From the NCBI GenBank assembly GCA_964188305.1, contig OZ076887.1: 64,000 bases of DNA, one strand, 5' to 3'. The translations under genes were made by a program, and so were the position numbers. The stretch comes from Podarcis bocagei. Lineage: Eukaryota. Shown here piece by piece: positions 40,341 to 53,678 of this stretch. How positions within the stretch are numbered: position 1 is the stretch's first letter; every line of letters starts with the position of its first letter. The notes beneath the pieces were generated by a model. The model was not told where the DNA came from. It did not search any database and saw only the letters and a program-made list of their open reading frames with translations.

Positions 40341-40678
40341 AGGTAAAGGGACCCCTGACCATTAGGTCCAGTCGTGGCCGACTCTGGGGGTGCGGCGCTC
40401 ATCTTGCTTTATTGGCTGAGGGAGCTGGCGTACAGCTTCCGGGTCATGTGGCCAGCATGTGGCAAACCAAAGCAGTACACGGAAACGCCGTTTACCTTCC
40501 CGCCAGAGCAGTACCTGTTTATCTACTTGCACTTTGACATGTTTTCGAACTGCTAAGGTTGGCAGGAGCAGGGACCGAGCAACAGGAGCTCACCCCGTCA
40601 CAGGGATTCGAACCACCGACCCTCTGATCGGCAAGTCCTAGGCTCTGTGGTTTAACCCACAGCGCCACCCGCATCCCT
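40341..40678 (-). mobile_element. Sauria SINE (Squam1), intronic
   Basis: Reverse complement of the same family with a small internal deletion; 12-bp TSD GTACATGGAATA. Confidence 0.92.
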
Positions 40679-43600
40679 TGTACATGGAATACTGGTCCTC
40701 TAAAAGTGGATTTTATTTAATGGGCATTTTAAAAGACAAGTTGGAGAAGTAAATCGCAGCCTGTTTCTCTCCACATTGTCTCTTTTCTCCAGGATCAGGA
40801 GACAAATTATTTTTAAAAAGGCAAAAGGGGCTGGGCTGAAACAGAAGCATCAACCCTGCAGTCCATGTGTGCTGGGGCTTTGCCCCCAAGCGGGTTGCAG
40901 GGGAAAAACTGCAGAACCAGTGTGTCGTTGCACAGTATTGGGTATGTTCTTGAAGGCCAAACAGGGGCCTTTTCATCTGCCAGGGAACTGTTTTGCTGTA
41001 TCAAACCAAAGCGCATCTCACCCAGCATACTGCTTCCAGTAGAGGTCAGCAGTGACTGCCTTTCCATTTGTTCCCAGAATCAGATGTTTGAGGGTATACT
41101 GCCTCTGGACATGGAGGTTCCATTCATGCCACATAGCCATGAATGTATGACCCTGTTTAAAGACACCAAAGCCAGTACAACGTCCCAGGACGTGCTTTGG
41201 CATATAACCACAACATACATCAAATCAGACCATCGCTCCATGTAGCTCAGTATTGTCTACAACTGAGATGGCATACTGTGCATCTGTCCTCCTATGGAAC
41301 AAGGTCCTTCCTGGCAAGCCAACCACTGCCTTCAATCTCACATACTTTGCACATCCTTGATTGCAACAACCCTGCCTCCTGCATTGTAGGGGTTTGGACT
41401 AGATGGCCATTGGGATCCTTTCCAACTCTACAATTCTATGCCTTGGAACGTAACTGGGGAGTTTTTATTATTCGCTTTGTTGCTAAGGTCTGAACTGCTT
41501 TGGTATTTCTTTTTCCTTCTGCAAATGAAAAAGCAGCATAGAAATCTATTTAACAAATTACATAAAGAGAAGAGGAAAGGGCTGTCCCCTTCTCATGCCT
41601 CTGCAAAAAACACATCGACTGGAAGTGCATTGGCTCCAATGGAGAAAATGCCTTACATCTGATAAAGGACATGATCCAGTCCCTCAAATTAGGAAGGGGT
41701 GGATGGGGTAGAAGAGTCAGAAGAAGCTTGACATGGGACCCCCAGCCTCACCCCTCTTCTGCTTTACCCCACACCAAGAGACATAAGAGGCAGCTCTTCT
41801 TGCTAATTCCTCTGTCAGCTGGGGAGTCTCAAAGCATCTTTTCTCGACTTGGAAAGATGCCCTAGGATGGAACTAAAGAGCCCTTGGAGTAGCAGACAAT
41901 CACTTCACTCCCCCCCCCCCATGTGACCATTCATGCTGCGTTGCCACCTGCATTCATCCCTTTCAACCATGGAGCCAACATATATCCACACAGCATAAAT
42001 CCGGGCGAAAAATATGAGGGGAGTTTGAGGGCCGAAGTTAAGCATGGCAAAGAGCATGGGGATGCTCCTGGCAAAAAATGGCAACCCAGCATTGACTCCT
42101 TCCTCTCCCCTGAAACGAGGAGTAAATGATGCCTCATCGTCACTTCCCCCAGTCATTTCATTGGCTGTGTTTGGGAGGGGAGGAGAAAAATGTGAGGTGA
42201 TGGCCATCATCTCACACATTGTTATTACTGTACATTATATAGCGAAAAGAGTAAACCTGGCATAGGACTGCCATTTTCGGTACCTGCCCCCTATTTCCCC
42301 CCCTCGTCTCATCAGGGCAGGCTCCCGATTCGGGACAGTCCTTAGCAAAGTGCACTCTGGTGGCCCTATTATGTGGGCAGGTCTTGGCAGGTAGGAAGCA
42401 GTGCCAAGTGACTCGGAGTCATTTCATAATTTCCCACAATGCCCCGAGAGCAATGCTTCATTTAAGATCGCTGTGAGAAATCAAAATGGTGGCTCCCAGA
42501 CCTAATTGCCCAGTGCTGCTTGGACTGCTGTTCTTGTTGCTTTGAAGTAGAAGTTAGGACAGGAATAAGTGGTGGACTCTGCTTAGGGTAGGGGTAGCCA
42601 AAGTGGTGCCCTCCAGCTGTTGTTAGGACTACAACTCCCATCAGTCCCAACTGGCATGACTAATGAGCAGGGACGGTGGGAACTGTAGTCCAGTGTCTAG
42701 TGGGAATCACATTGGCAGCCCCTGCCTTATGTGAGCAACGTCTTTTGTTCTCTTGCCTCAAAATCCACCAGATGTACAACTAAGGACAGCCAAAGCTGTG
42801 CCTGTTGCAGCAACCACCACAGAAGAACACACTAAGTAAATCCTGATTCTACACCATAGCTTAGTTGAATGTGAGCTTTCTTGTAGATCAGCTTTCTCCA
42901 ACCTGGTACGCTTCAGGACTACAATTCCCATCATCCCTGACCTATGGTCATACCACCTGGGGATGATGGGAGTCCAAAACACCCAGAGGGCACCACCAAG
43001 TTGGGGAAAGCAGCTTTAGATCATCTCCTGCCGCATGAGATGAAGTGCTGCAAGATCCCATCTCTGAAAACAGAAATCAAGATTTAGTAATCTATAAATA
43101 CTTAAGCAGTTTCTTGCCTTACATCCCCTGCCTTGCTTTTCTTCACAGACCTGTTTATTTATATTGTAAGTCTGCAGATAGGGTTTTGTCACAGTTAATC
43201 TTATGTTAGCATATTGTACAGTGCCTTGCTTTAAAAAAAATGCTTCAGAAATAATAAGATATTATTATAATATTGACTGTAGCGAGCTTTCTTGTTTTCT
43301 GCTTTGCAACAAACAAATGCTCACAAAAGGTTAGCTCCATCTTTATGAAGCCAGTAACCTTTGGAAAAGGCTTGACAGTGTTAAAATTCCAAATGATGCT
43401 ACCTGAAGCATTAGGAGCCAGCAGAAAATATGGACACAGAAAACAGGATGTACGTGTGTGTCTTTGTGTGTGTGTACATGCCAGAGCAGGGCAGAGGTGA
43501 GAATTTAAGTCAAACAGCCAGAGCTGTACAATGTGACTATACATATTGGCACGTGCCACTCAAATTCATTCATTCGTGTAAACATTACTCAAAGCAATGC

Positions 43601-43821
43601 TTCCATATATGACTTTAAGAACTGAAAGTTTGCAAACGCAATCTGTGCTTTTAGAACTAAGATCAAAGTTCCAGAAAGAAGGGATTCCTAGCAGCAATGC
43701 CTCCTTAACTGCATTACATTTTAGAGGATTAAAAGCAAAGAATATGCAGTTCTGCCTATCAAGTTTGCCGAAGTCCCTGACAGGCAAAGGCCAACCCTTT
43801 GCAATTTATCAAATGAGATTA

Positions 43822-44047
43822 TAGTGGTACCTCAGGTTAAGTACTTAATTCGTTCTGGAGGTCCGTACTTAACCTGAAACTGTTCTTAACCTGAAGCACC
43901 ACTTTAGCTAATGGGGCCTCCTGCTGCTGCCACGCCGCCGGAGCCCGATTTCTGTTCTCATCCTGAAGCAAAGTTCTTAACCTGGAACACTATTTCTGGG
44001 TTAGCAGAGTCTGTAACCTGAAGTGTATGTAACCCGAGGTACCACTG
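43822..44047 (+). mobile_element. Tc1/mariner-type MITE
   Basis: Highly similar to 11887-12123; ends CCGAGGTACCACTG|TA. Confidence 0.87.
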
Positions 44048-44607
44048 TATGAAGTTTAGTTCTAGAACCCCACTGGCCTACTGAGGCAATAAGATCCCCA
44101 CTGGCTCTTGCACCTGAGAGAGACCTATCTGATCTAATCTGTGTTAGATTAGCACAATGTGTTTTAAATGTGTTTTGGGAAAATATGACTAGTTCAGAAT
44201 GCAACAACTGGGATACTGACAAATGTTCATCAAAAAGACTGGTGCTGAAACAAACTGCACTGGCCTCCAATTTATTTCTGGGCGAAAGTGCTGGCTGTGA
44301 CCTATAAAGTCCTAAGAGGCCCTTTGTCTATGTGAATCTGCCAGCCTATTAAGGTTATCTTCTGAAGCTCTTCTCCGAGCATCTCCCTATTCATTCGTTA
44401 GGTGGGGTCTTCTTCCACTGGGGAGCCCTATTTACAGAACAGTCTCCCCATGGATGTTCAGCAGACACTTCCTTGATTAATGTCTCAGGCTGCCTTCATA
44501 AGACATAAGAAAAGGCCTGGTGGATCAGGCCAAAGGCCCATATGGCCAGCGTCCTGTGGCCAACCAGGTGCCTGTGAAGAGCCCACACGCAGGACCTGAG
44601 CACAAGA

Positions 44608-44821
44608 ATCATAGAATCATAGAATCATCGAGTTGGAAGAGACCACAAGGGCCATCGAGTCCAACCCCCTGCCAAGCAGGAAACACCATCAGAGCACTCC
44701 TGACATATGGTTGTCAAGCCTCTGCTTAAAGACCTCCAAAGAAGGACACTCCGCCACACTCCTTGGCAGCAAATTCCACTGTCGAACAGCTCTTACTGTC
44801 AGGAAGTTCTTCCTAATGTTT
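44608..44821 (-). mobile_element. Young CR1 LINE 3' end nested in an older CR1 (~44499-45010)
   Basis: (ATCATAGA)n tail, gagttggaagagacc...gtccaaccccctg; short TSD ACAAGA; the flanks continue the older CR1 (ORF 44913..45113(-) YFFAQHVVELWNSLPQE). Confidence 0.78.
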
Positions 44822-45778
44822 ACAAGAGCATTGCCCACCCCCACCCCCACCCCACCCGTTGTTTCCAGACACTGGTATTCAGAAGCATAGCCTTTACCAT
44901 CATGAACTTTGTCTAATCCTCATTTAAAGTCATCAAATTGGTCACCGCCACTGCTTCCTGTGGCAGCGAGTTCCACAGTTCAACTACATGCTGTGCAAAG
45001 AAGTACTTTCTTTCACAAAGAAGCATTTCCCAATCTGAAACACCACAATTCTTTAAGCCTTCCTCCTCTGGAGCCCAGCTTACTTGACATGAAAATTTGT
45101 CTACACAAAGCATATTCTCGCCACATTATCTTTAGAACTTTTAAAGGTCACAAAAGACGTGTCACTGCCACTTCTTGTACACCCCTGGCTACTTGTGTTT
45201 GGATGTACTGGGAATCCATGGCACATTCAGCATCACAGAGACACAGTCTACTGGGAACATCTCTTGTGCAAGATAGTACAAGAAGGCACATAATGCATTT
45301 TCGACATGTCCCCCAAAGCACGATATATTTTAACAACAACCCCCTCATTTCCATGAATAACGTCAGGAATGGGGAGCCTCAAGCCCTCTAGATGTTGCTA
45401 GACTACAATTCCCATCATGCCAAGTCACTGGCCATGCTTACTGGGGCTGATGGGAATTGATGGGAATAGGAGTCCCAACACCACCGGAGGCACAGATTCC
45501 CCATCCCTGGAGTACACATAGATGATGTTTGCACACTCTTAAAAGAACATGGCTTTTCAGAACCTTAATGCATATGTGTTAAATCTACAATTCTCAGTGA
45601 CATTCTCCAGCTAAACAACACTCAGTTATCAGCATTTCAGGTTCCAAAATAACGTATTAAAAATAAAAATAAAAAAGAGCTAGAAGATGTTGAACAGCTT
45701 GTATTCCCAAGGAACAGAGGGTGGGATGGGATGAAAGCTCCATGAGAAAATGAAAGCTGCTAATCTGTTTTCCAAGTG

Positions 45779-46214
45779 NNNNNNNNNNNNNNNNNNNNNN
45801 NNNNNNNNNNNNNNNNNNNNNNNNNNNNNNNNNNNNNNNNNNNNNNNNNNNNNNNNNNNNNNNNNNNNNNNNNNNNNNNNNNNNNNNNNNNNNNNNNNNN
45901 NNNNNNNNNNNNNNNNNNNNNNNNNNNNNNNNNNNNNNNNNNNNNNNNNNNNNNNNNNNNNNNNNNNNNNNNNNNNNNNNNNNNNNNNNNNNNNNNNNNN
46001 NNNNNNNNNNNNNNNNNNNNNNNNNNNNNNNNNNNNNNNNNNNNNNNNNNNNNNNNNNNNNNNNNNNNNNNNNNNNNNNNNNNNNNNNNNNNNNNNNNNN
46101 NNNNNNNNNNNNNNNNNNNNNNNNNNNNNNNNNNNNNNNNNNNNNNNNNNNNNNNNNNNNNNNNNNNNNNNNNNNNNNNNNNNNNNNNNNNNNNNNNNNN
46201 NNNNNNNNNNNNNN
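45779..46214. other. Assembly gap (436 N) inside RPS6KC1; other gaps at 869-1000 and 9175-9347
   Basis: Runs of N. Confidence 0.99.
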
Positions 46215-47688
46215 CCTTCTCGATGCAAGGCATCAAGGGCTACTACCATTTCAGCTGCCCATCTCTGAACGCAGCCCTCAGGGAGGTAAAATCTGGAGGT
46301 TAGCGCTAATCTCTCGTCGAGGTCCTGAAATATCTGGTGTATCTCATTCTCTCCTCTGCCCCTCGCACCCGACTCTTTGCGTTCTGCTTTGTGAAACATA
46401 GCAGAGGCGGTTTCCTCTTTACTCAAGTCTTCCGCCTGATCAGAAAACAGCAGAACAGCTTCGTTGTCCAAATCTAAGCTACGTTCTTCAGCACCCGCTT
46501 GCGCCTTAGAAGTCAGCAACCTTCCCTGCACACTGAATGCATCCAGTGATGATGCAGAGGCTGCTCCAAGCCCTTGAAAGAGAGTCCTATCCCCGGAGCC
46601 AACTGGGTCACTAGCAGCTCTGTGGAATGTCCTGATCGCTTCCTGAGTGTCTTCTCCCACCACCTGGTCCACCTTTGGCTCAAGGCCTCCTCTGCATTGC
46701 TCTGCGCTGTTATTCAATTGCAAGACGTCAGGGGTTTCCAAAAGTTTGCTCTCCAAATTGTCACCCTTCTGCTCCGCCAGCTTAGCCGGCCCGTCTGCCG
46801 TGGCTTCTTTCGTTTGCTCCGTGAGGCCTGGCAGGTTGACCAGAAGGTCAGGTCTTCCTTCGTCCACGCTACTCACATCGTCGAAGGCGACATCCTTGAA
46901 GGAGATCACGGGCACTGAGTCATTGGAGCCCCTGCTGATTGTGTCCTGGTAGGCAGGGGCCAGTTTGTTTTCTATGGCATCGAGGCTCTTCTCCTGATCT
47001 GGCATGGACAAAAACTGTTTCAAAGACTCAGATTTTAAGCTGTAAAGTTTATCTCCAAAATCCAGCCCCAGGTGTTCACTGGTACTGTCTTTGCTGTCAA
47101 TTCTGAAGAATTCCATGGGACTGTTCTTGGATTTGCTTAACGATTCTGATATTCGGGTGGGACTAACAATTTCTTGATCAACGTCGTCGGCAAAAAAGTT
47201 TACTTCCTGAGATGTGAATGGGGACCCCAAATTCCCACTGGCAGGCTCATCACGTGCCTTGATGCCTCCCTGTTCTTTGGTAATGAGAATGCCACTGTCT
47301 GTTTTCAGAACAGGCTCCTCATTTAACGATCCGGGGTCGACCTTTTCTTGACCGTATTCATTGCATAAGGTTAGATAACTTGTAGTGCATTCTTCCTCTG
47401 AACTGGACCCCGAATCAATCCACTTGAGAGAACTTTCCTGGCCATCTTCCTGGTTACTGCTGCCATCTTGAGAACTTGGAGTGAGACTGGTCTTCAGCGG
47501 TAACACCTTCAGCATGTTACCACCATTGCTTCCTCTAGAGTCAATGCTGCTGCCAATATCTTGAGGGCTAGGAGTTGCCTGGTGCAAATGTATTTTGGTA
47601 GAACTCGATCTTCTGGATTTGGGCTCTTCAAAGCTTTCTTCGGGGCTTCTGTTGAGGAACTTACTGATATAAGACCACAGCTTGCCTC
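46215..47688 (-). CDS. RPS6KC1: RPS6KC1 large coding exon (GKLWSYISKFLNRSPEESF...QRWAAEMVVALDALHRE), long Ser/acidic insert splitting the kinase domain; 3' end lost in N-gap
   Basis: ORF 45680..47737(-), open for ~490 codons; acceptor tttgttgtAG at 47689-47690; characteristic motifs SSSEEECTTSYLTLCNEYGQEK, SPMEFFRIDSKDS, SRGSNDSVPVISFKD, GRPDLLVNLPG. Confidence 0.97.
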
Positions 47689-48067
47689 CTACAACAAATA
47701 AAGTAATTGGGATTAATTGTGTTTCCTTTACAGACATGCATGTCAGGAAAACATCAAATTGCCCTTGGTTCTAAATGCTAGGTTAAGAAATAAACAACCC
47801 TAGGTTGTTGCACCCATGGTTAAGAATGGTTGAAAGCAAGAGAAGAGGTTGAATGCCCATATGACAGATAGTCCGTACTACGTTCCAGTCTGCTTCTAAT
47901 TCTCTAACCCTGCTTAGACAAATTAGCAATATATCTGCGCTGACCATCTCGTCAAGCCCTTCCCATCTCCAACCTTGCAAACAAGCAACTGTCAATAGTT
48001 GCCTGCCTTACTCTTACCTCTAAATGAGCATCAATTAGCTTTAAGTTGGACCCCAAACGGAAGAGTT

Positions 48068-48276
48068 ACAGATAGGTAGCCGTGTTGGTCTGCCATAGTC
48101 AAAATAAAAAAAAAATCCTTCCAGTAGCACCTTAAAGACCAACTAAGTTAGTTCTTGGTATGAGCTTGGTATGATACACAGTGTATCTGAAGAAGTGTGC
48201 ATGCACACGAAAGCTCATACCAAGAACTAACTTAGTTGGTCTTTAAGGTGCTACTGGAAGGAATTTTTTTTATTTT
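48068..48276. mobile_element. Short fold-back Penelope-like terminus (second PLE family) with hammerhead core
   Basis: Inverted arms ~48101-48167 / 48211-48276; flanking ~16-bp direct repeat cccaaacggaagagtt / cccaaatggaagactt. Confidence 0.75.
48183..48220 (+). ncRNA. Minimal type I hammerhead ribozyme motif
   Basis: GTAT-CTGAAGA-a-GTGTG-catg-CACAC-GAAA-GC-TC^ATAC: helix I GTAT/ATAC, 5-bp helix II, palindromic AGCT helix III. Confidence 0.7.
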
Positions 48277-51001
48277 CCCAAATGGAAGACTTCAGGAAGC
48301 ATATTATTGCTAGTTGACTAATTGTTTCTCTTTTGTGCATTTATTTACACAAATTTGTATGAAACTTAAAGCATAAAATCTCATGATATATAAAAATATA
48401 TACCATGCCACCAGGCAGTAATAAGCGAACGCTATCAAACCGTGTCACACTTCAGAGAAAGCTTTTGTCTGACACAATCATCTGAAGTCATCAGTTTCGT
48501 TTGGTTTTTATGATCTAATATATTTATGTTTTTAAATGTGTTGTAGGAGACCTTCAGGCAACAAGCACCTAACAAGCTTAACAAATCATAAACATACTGC
48601 GGGGAGGAGGAGGAGCAACAGCAAGAGGAGGAAGAGGATGTTTGATTAATATTAATTAATATTAAAAGGTAGGGAGGGAATACAATGTGAAATATCACTA
48701 GAAATTCTTTTGAGCTCTCAGAGGCAGGGGCATGTATTTACCTAAAGTCCAACTGTTAACGTTTACTTTTACAAACTCGGCCACCTACCCATTGTGTCCC
48801 TTCTTTTCCATGGAGGTTTTCTAGTTCTTAAATACTTATGAACATATGATGCTACCTTATAACATCAGGCTTTTAATACGCCTAGCCTTGTATTGAGTAT
48901 TGTGGCTGGTGTCAGGCAGTAGCCATTCTTATCTCTTCCTACCTTAGTCTTCTAAGCAGAGTTGCTGGGACCTGAGACCTTCTGCGTGTGCTCTATCCGC
49001 AAGAATTCTATCCCTTAAGAATTCATACCTAGCGGAAACAAAGCTTAAATATATGCAAGTGGATTTGCTTGCTTTCAGCTATTTACTCCCCCCTCCCCTG
49101 CCTCCTTTCACTGTGTCCCGCCCATCTAAATTTAGATTTTAAACTCTTGGGGGAAAGGGACCTGCATTTTGCTCTACAAAGTGCCATGTTTACTGATGCC
49201 GCTTTATAAATAATTGGCATCATCATAAATACAATTCTAAGCTCTTAATTTCAGATGCTTTCTGAAACCTGTCATTACTCTGATCAATGCACTCCCAAAA
49301 GTTAGGAAAAAAACACCGCACAACTGTTTTTAGAAGCTGAGAGTGAAAATAAAGGAAAACCCCATTTTCGATGTTGATGCACACCTCAATGTTCAACCAA
49401 TGAAAATCATTTGAATATATCGTCATTTCTGTATGAATGTTATGGGAAAGGTACCAAAGTAAAAATATGTAAACACTTTTTTAAAAAAAATAGAGAAACA
49501 GAATCAATGATTTTATTTCATACAAAGACACCTCAAAATGCCCAATCTAGGTTACAGAGGAGCAATATTTCCTTCTGGGTATGTAATTATGTCTTTATAA
49601 ATGACACACTAATAATCTTTTCTATCTTGTACTGCGATGGATAAGATCAATTAAATGCATTAGGCAGAGCTGGTGCACTACTGGCCATCTAATGCATGTA
49701 AAAATACCAGGGGGTTGGGGAAATCAATTGATGCAAAGGAGTTTCCTTAAATATTGCACCTTATTAGCAATTAGGAAAGGTTCATAGGTAGAGGGCATGC
49801 TTTGCATGCAAAAGGTCCCAGGTCCAGTCCCTTGCACCAGCTGTCTAATAGACATTTTCCATGTCAGCATCTAAATATCCATGTAGCTTCCCTTCAGTCA
49901 TTCAGACTTTTGGGCGGAATGACTGAAGGGAATGACAGAATGACTTTTGGGGGTTTGCTTGGGGGGACGACGCATGCTGTTGCTACTATTGATATTCATT
50001 TTTGCATCTTTACTGTTAGATCTTATGATTTGTTATTTATATGGATAGTCTTCAATTTGCTTGTGTACTTTTTGCTCTGGACCACAATTGGCGAGGCTAA
50101 GATTGGGGTCTTGTCATCTGGGCAGCCCAGGATCTCCATACACTCCGCCCAGATTTGCACCTTGGAACGGTCACTCCAGTGCTGCTAACACAGTGGTTTG
50201 ACTTCACCCCTGAAGGGACACTCCATTGTCTCTTGAGGCAGATGGACACCAACACGCATCAACTTTTAGATGTGTTTTATTTATTATTCATGACTACTTT
50301 TGTTGTGTTTGTAATTATGTAAATCTTCTCATGTTGTAAGCTGCCTTGAGACACACCACCAAGCTAGATCCAGGTAAGAGCCATCTCCCAAAAGCGGTTT
50401 ATATTTACTGAACAATTTTTGTGTCAAGCTAAAAAGAGTCTTTGGGGGGGACGGGACACGCGCTTCCTGCTTTCTGTCCATAGAACAAAATGTATAGCTG
50501 GCAGTACTTCTGACTAGAGACGTCAGAGAAGTCTACTGAAAATGGGGATGGGGGCAGAGATTGAAGGAGATTCACTTATTTGTCCCTTGTCTGGAACAGA
50601 AATCAATCCAGTGAATATGACTGATATTCACTGTTGTTTCACTCAGTGCACAAAACAATACACAACTGATTATCCCACCACCGCTCAATTTACAGTGTGC
50701 TTCCTTTGCACTAAAATGATCAGGTCAGAATAATTTAATGACAAGATAATGTGAAATGAATAATGTACTTTGGGGCAGAAGATGAACTGCAGTGTTAAAG
50801 AAACAGTGCCGCACTGAGACGAAGACACGGCAGAATGGAAAACAGTGCCTTTCTACATCCACACGCATGACCCTTAAGAATGTAGACAGGAAAGATATAA
50901 GGCTACTATAGTATTGTCCTGCTACAATATCAGCGTCTGCTAACAGCAAACATCTTCATTTTGAAGTTTCTTGAGTGCTTTCCAGATGGATATGAACTCC
51001 A

Positions 51002-51197
51002 GCTTGTTTATGCTTAAAAAGAGTTGACACTTTCTAACAGCCACTTAAACTCCGATATCCGTCAAAGCCCTTCGCACCCCTTGCCCCCCAGACTGTTTTA
51101 AAGGAGTCTGGGGGGCCAGGGGTGGGGAGGTCTTTGACGGATATCAGCGTCTAAGTGGCTGTTGGGAAGTGTCAACTCTTTTTAAGCATAAACAAGC
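51002..51197. repeat. ~92-bp-arm inverted repeat (fold-back MITE core)
   Basis: gcttgtttatgcttaaaaagagttgacactt...ccccccagac [12-nt loop] gtctgggggg...aagtgtcaactctttttaagcataaacaagc. Confidence 0.8.
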
Positions 51198-53678
51198 ATC
51201 TGTTTCAACAATTTCTGGCACTGACACCGCTAAGTAGTAGTGAAGCCTCAGATTGGCTTTCCATCACATTACATCTAGCCAAGTGCTTTGTGACATAGCT
51301 AACAGACACTTTATGGATGTCCTCGTCTTTAACAAGACATTTAATACATCGTGACCAAGATGTTACGGGAGAGACAGTGGGGGGGGGAGGAAGAGAGAAG
51401 AGATAAGGTTCTACTAGATTGATCTATGATGTCTGGATACGACTATAAGAAAAACATTGTCACTGCTGCTTTCTGTTGCTTGGAGTCTGGTTCCCAGAAT
51501 GCAGCTCAGGATTTCTAAAACATGACTGGATGGATATATTCCAGAATTAAGCAAAAGTGAGGGGGGGGCAAGAGGAAACAAACTTTGGCAATCCCACCCA
51601 CCATTACATGAGATTTTGGCTTTAGGGGCAATCCCCGGAACGTAACCCCACGCAAACTGAGGGATTGCTATATAGAGTTATTAGCAGCAATGTACTTTTT
51701 TAAGGCTCCATTCCATTCTGAACAAAAGGGCTAATTAAATGTAAGAAATATTTAAATCCCTGTGTTATTCAGGTGGGTGGGGGGAGTTAATAAGTAATTA
51801 TTCTTTGCCACCTGTTCCCTGAACATACCAGCAAATTTCCTAAAGACATGGAAGCCACCACTCTGCTGTGCTGCTTTCAACTCCTATGTGATGCCATTGG
51901 CTATTTTTCCTTTTAGAAAACCAGATCAGTTGCTGTGTTGACTGTGGAAACTCAACAAAAAGCTTGCTTTAAAAAATAAAATAAAAATAAATAAAAATTA
52001 AAAGCAGCAGTGATTATTCTCATATGGATGCTAGGCATATTAACCACAGAACAGAAACCGGCTCATTTGCCGAAGATTACAAGGGGTTTAACTTCTCCCA
52101 TGTTAGGAACAGCCATGCATTTAAGCACTAGCCTGGTAGGCAAGGGCAATATGGACTTGTATGCAGGCGAGTTCAGGGAACTACCATGGGCTAGTGAAGG
52201 GAAGGCAGAGTGCTCTGTCTCTTGCAAGGAAACCAAGTGGGTTGCCCAAAGAAGGAAACCCTCAACCCCAACATCCAGCACAGAAATGCAGCAGACAGCT
52301 GTAAGGCGAACAGAGTTCTTTGTCCTGCCTCTGCAAGCCTTCAGCAGGTAAGCAGGGCCGTCCCTAACCATTAGGCAGAGTGAGGCGACTGCCTCAAATG
52401 TCAGGTGCCGGGAGTGCGAGAGTGAGACAAGAGCTATGTGTGCCACACAGCCTGCCCTGTGCCCCCTGACCTAGTCTGCTGCTCTCTGGTGAGGTGGACG
52501 CTGCCCCATCAGCATTGCTGAAGTAAGTTTCAACTCTGACTATGGTCAGTTTCTGTCCATGGAATGAGGGGGTTCGGGGTGGGGGGGACCAGCTTGCCCT
52601 TCACTTCATCAGCAGCAACTATGTATTGAGGAAGTTAGCTATTTTTGCCAGCTGGGGAGTTCTGCAGGTTTATTTACCAGGCTGCTTTAAAACAGAGCCA
52701 TGTTCAGAGGTCGCCTCCCTGCTAAGAGGTCAGGTGTTGCCTTCGGAGCCTGCTTTTGGGATTTCTAGAGGTATCTGGATGGCTACAGTTGGAAATGGGG
52801 TGCTGGACCAGATGGAACTTTGGATCTGAGCCAAGAGTACTCTCCTTATAGTCTAATGGCAGGAGCAGGGAACATGTGGCTGCCCAGATGTAGCTGGGCT
52901 ACAACCTATCTGAGAGTATCATCACTGCTTTGCACAACACATTTCATTTTGAAGGCTGATTAAGCAGCCACCTTGCACACGCCATCGCCTTGCACACTCA
53001 CAGCTGGGCTGGGGGTTTTGAGCACTGCCACTTTTGAAATGCAGCAACGAGCAACATATTGGAAAGCCAAAAGGCTTCTGCTGTCATTAAGAAACTGCCT
53101 CAAAGTAATGTATATATCACAAACTCAATAAAAATTTCTGGGACAGGACAGGGATTTGCTGCCGCTCAATATGGGTCAAAACATGGTAAGTGCACCACAC
53201 TGCTCCAGAAACATAAAAAAACAACCACACTACAAATCCCAGGTGCAGGACTTGCATAGGAGATTCATACGCACTAAAACAAGCCATGAGTTAGCATGGC
53301 AGTAAAATGCTCAGGTTGGCTGAGGTTTAGTGCCAGAAGTGCCGAAAAAGGCTTCCCCACATCCCTCCCCAAACTTTTAACTGGTATTGGGGTCCTCTTA
53401 AACTGAGAGCTGTTGCCCTCCTGTGTTTTGGTGCTTCATGAGGGTTGGGGAAAACTTCCAAGACAAGCGCAAAAATGCAAAAAGTGGGAATTGCACATAG
53501 CAAGCAATTCGGAAAGAGGCGTGTGGCATTTATGTGCTTTGCAGCCGTGCCTCCGAAACCTCTGGCTTGAAAGGCAGCCCTCTAACTCCGGGATGCTGCT
53601 GACTGAAAAGCCAGCATCGTTCTCCTCCTCCTCCCCTCCCCGATCCCTCCTGCAAGAGATCTGAAGCAGCAGACCCAC

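Noticed and set aside
47689-47737. ATG start of the 685-aa ORF (MSVKETQ...)
   Set aside because: Intronic read-through upstream of the splice acceptor; the real frame enters from exon 53679-53811. The ORF's tail across the N-gap is also artefactual.
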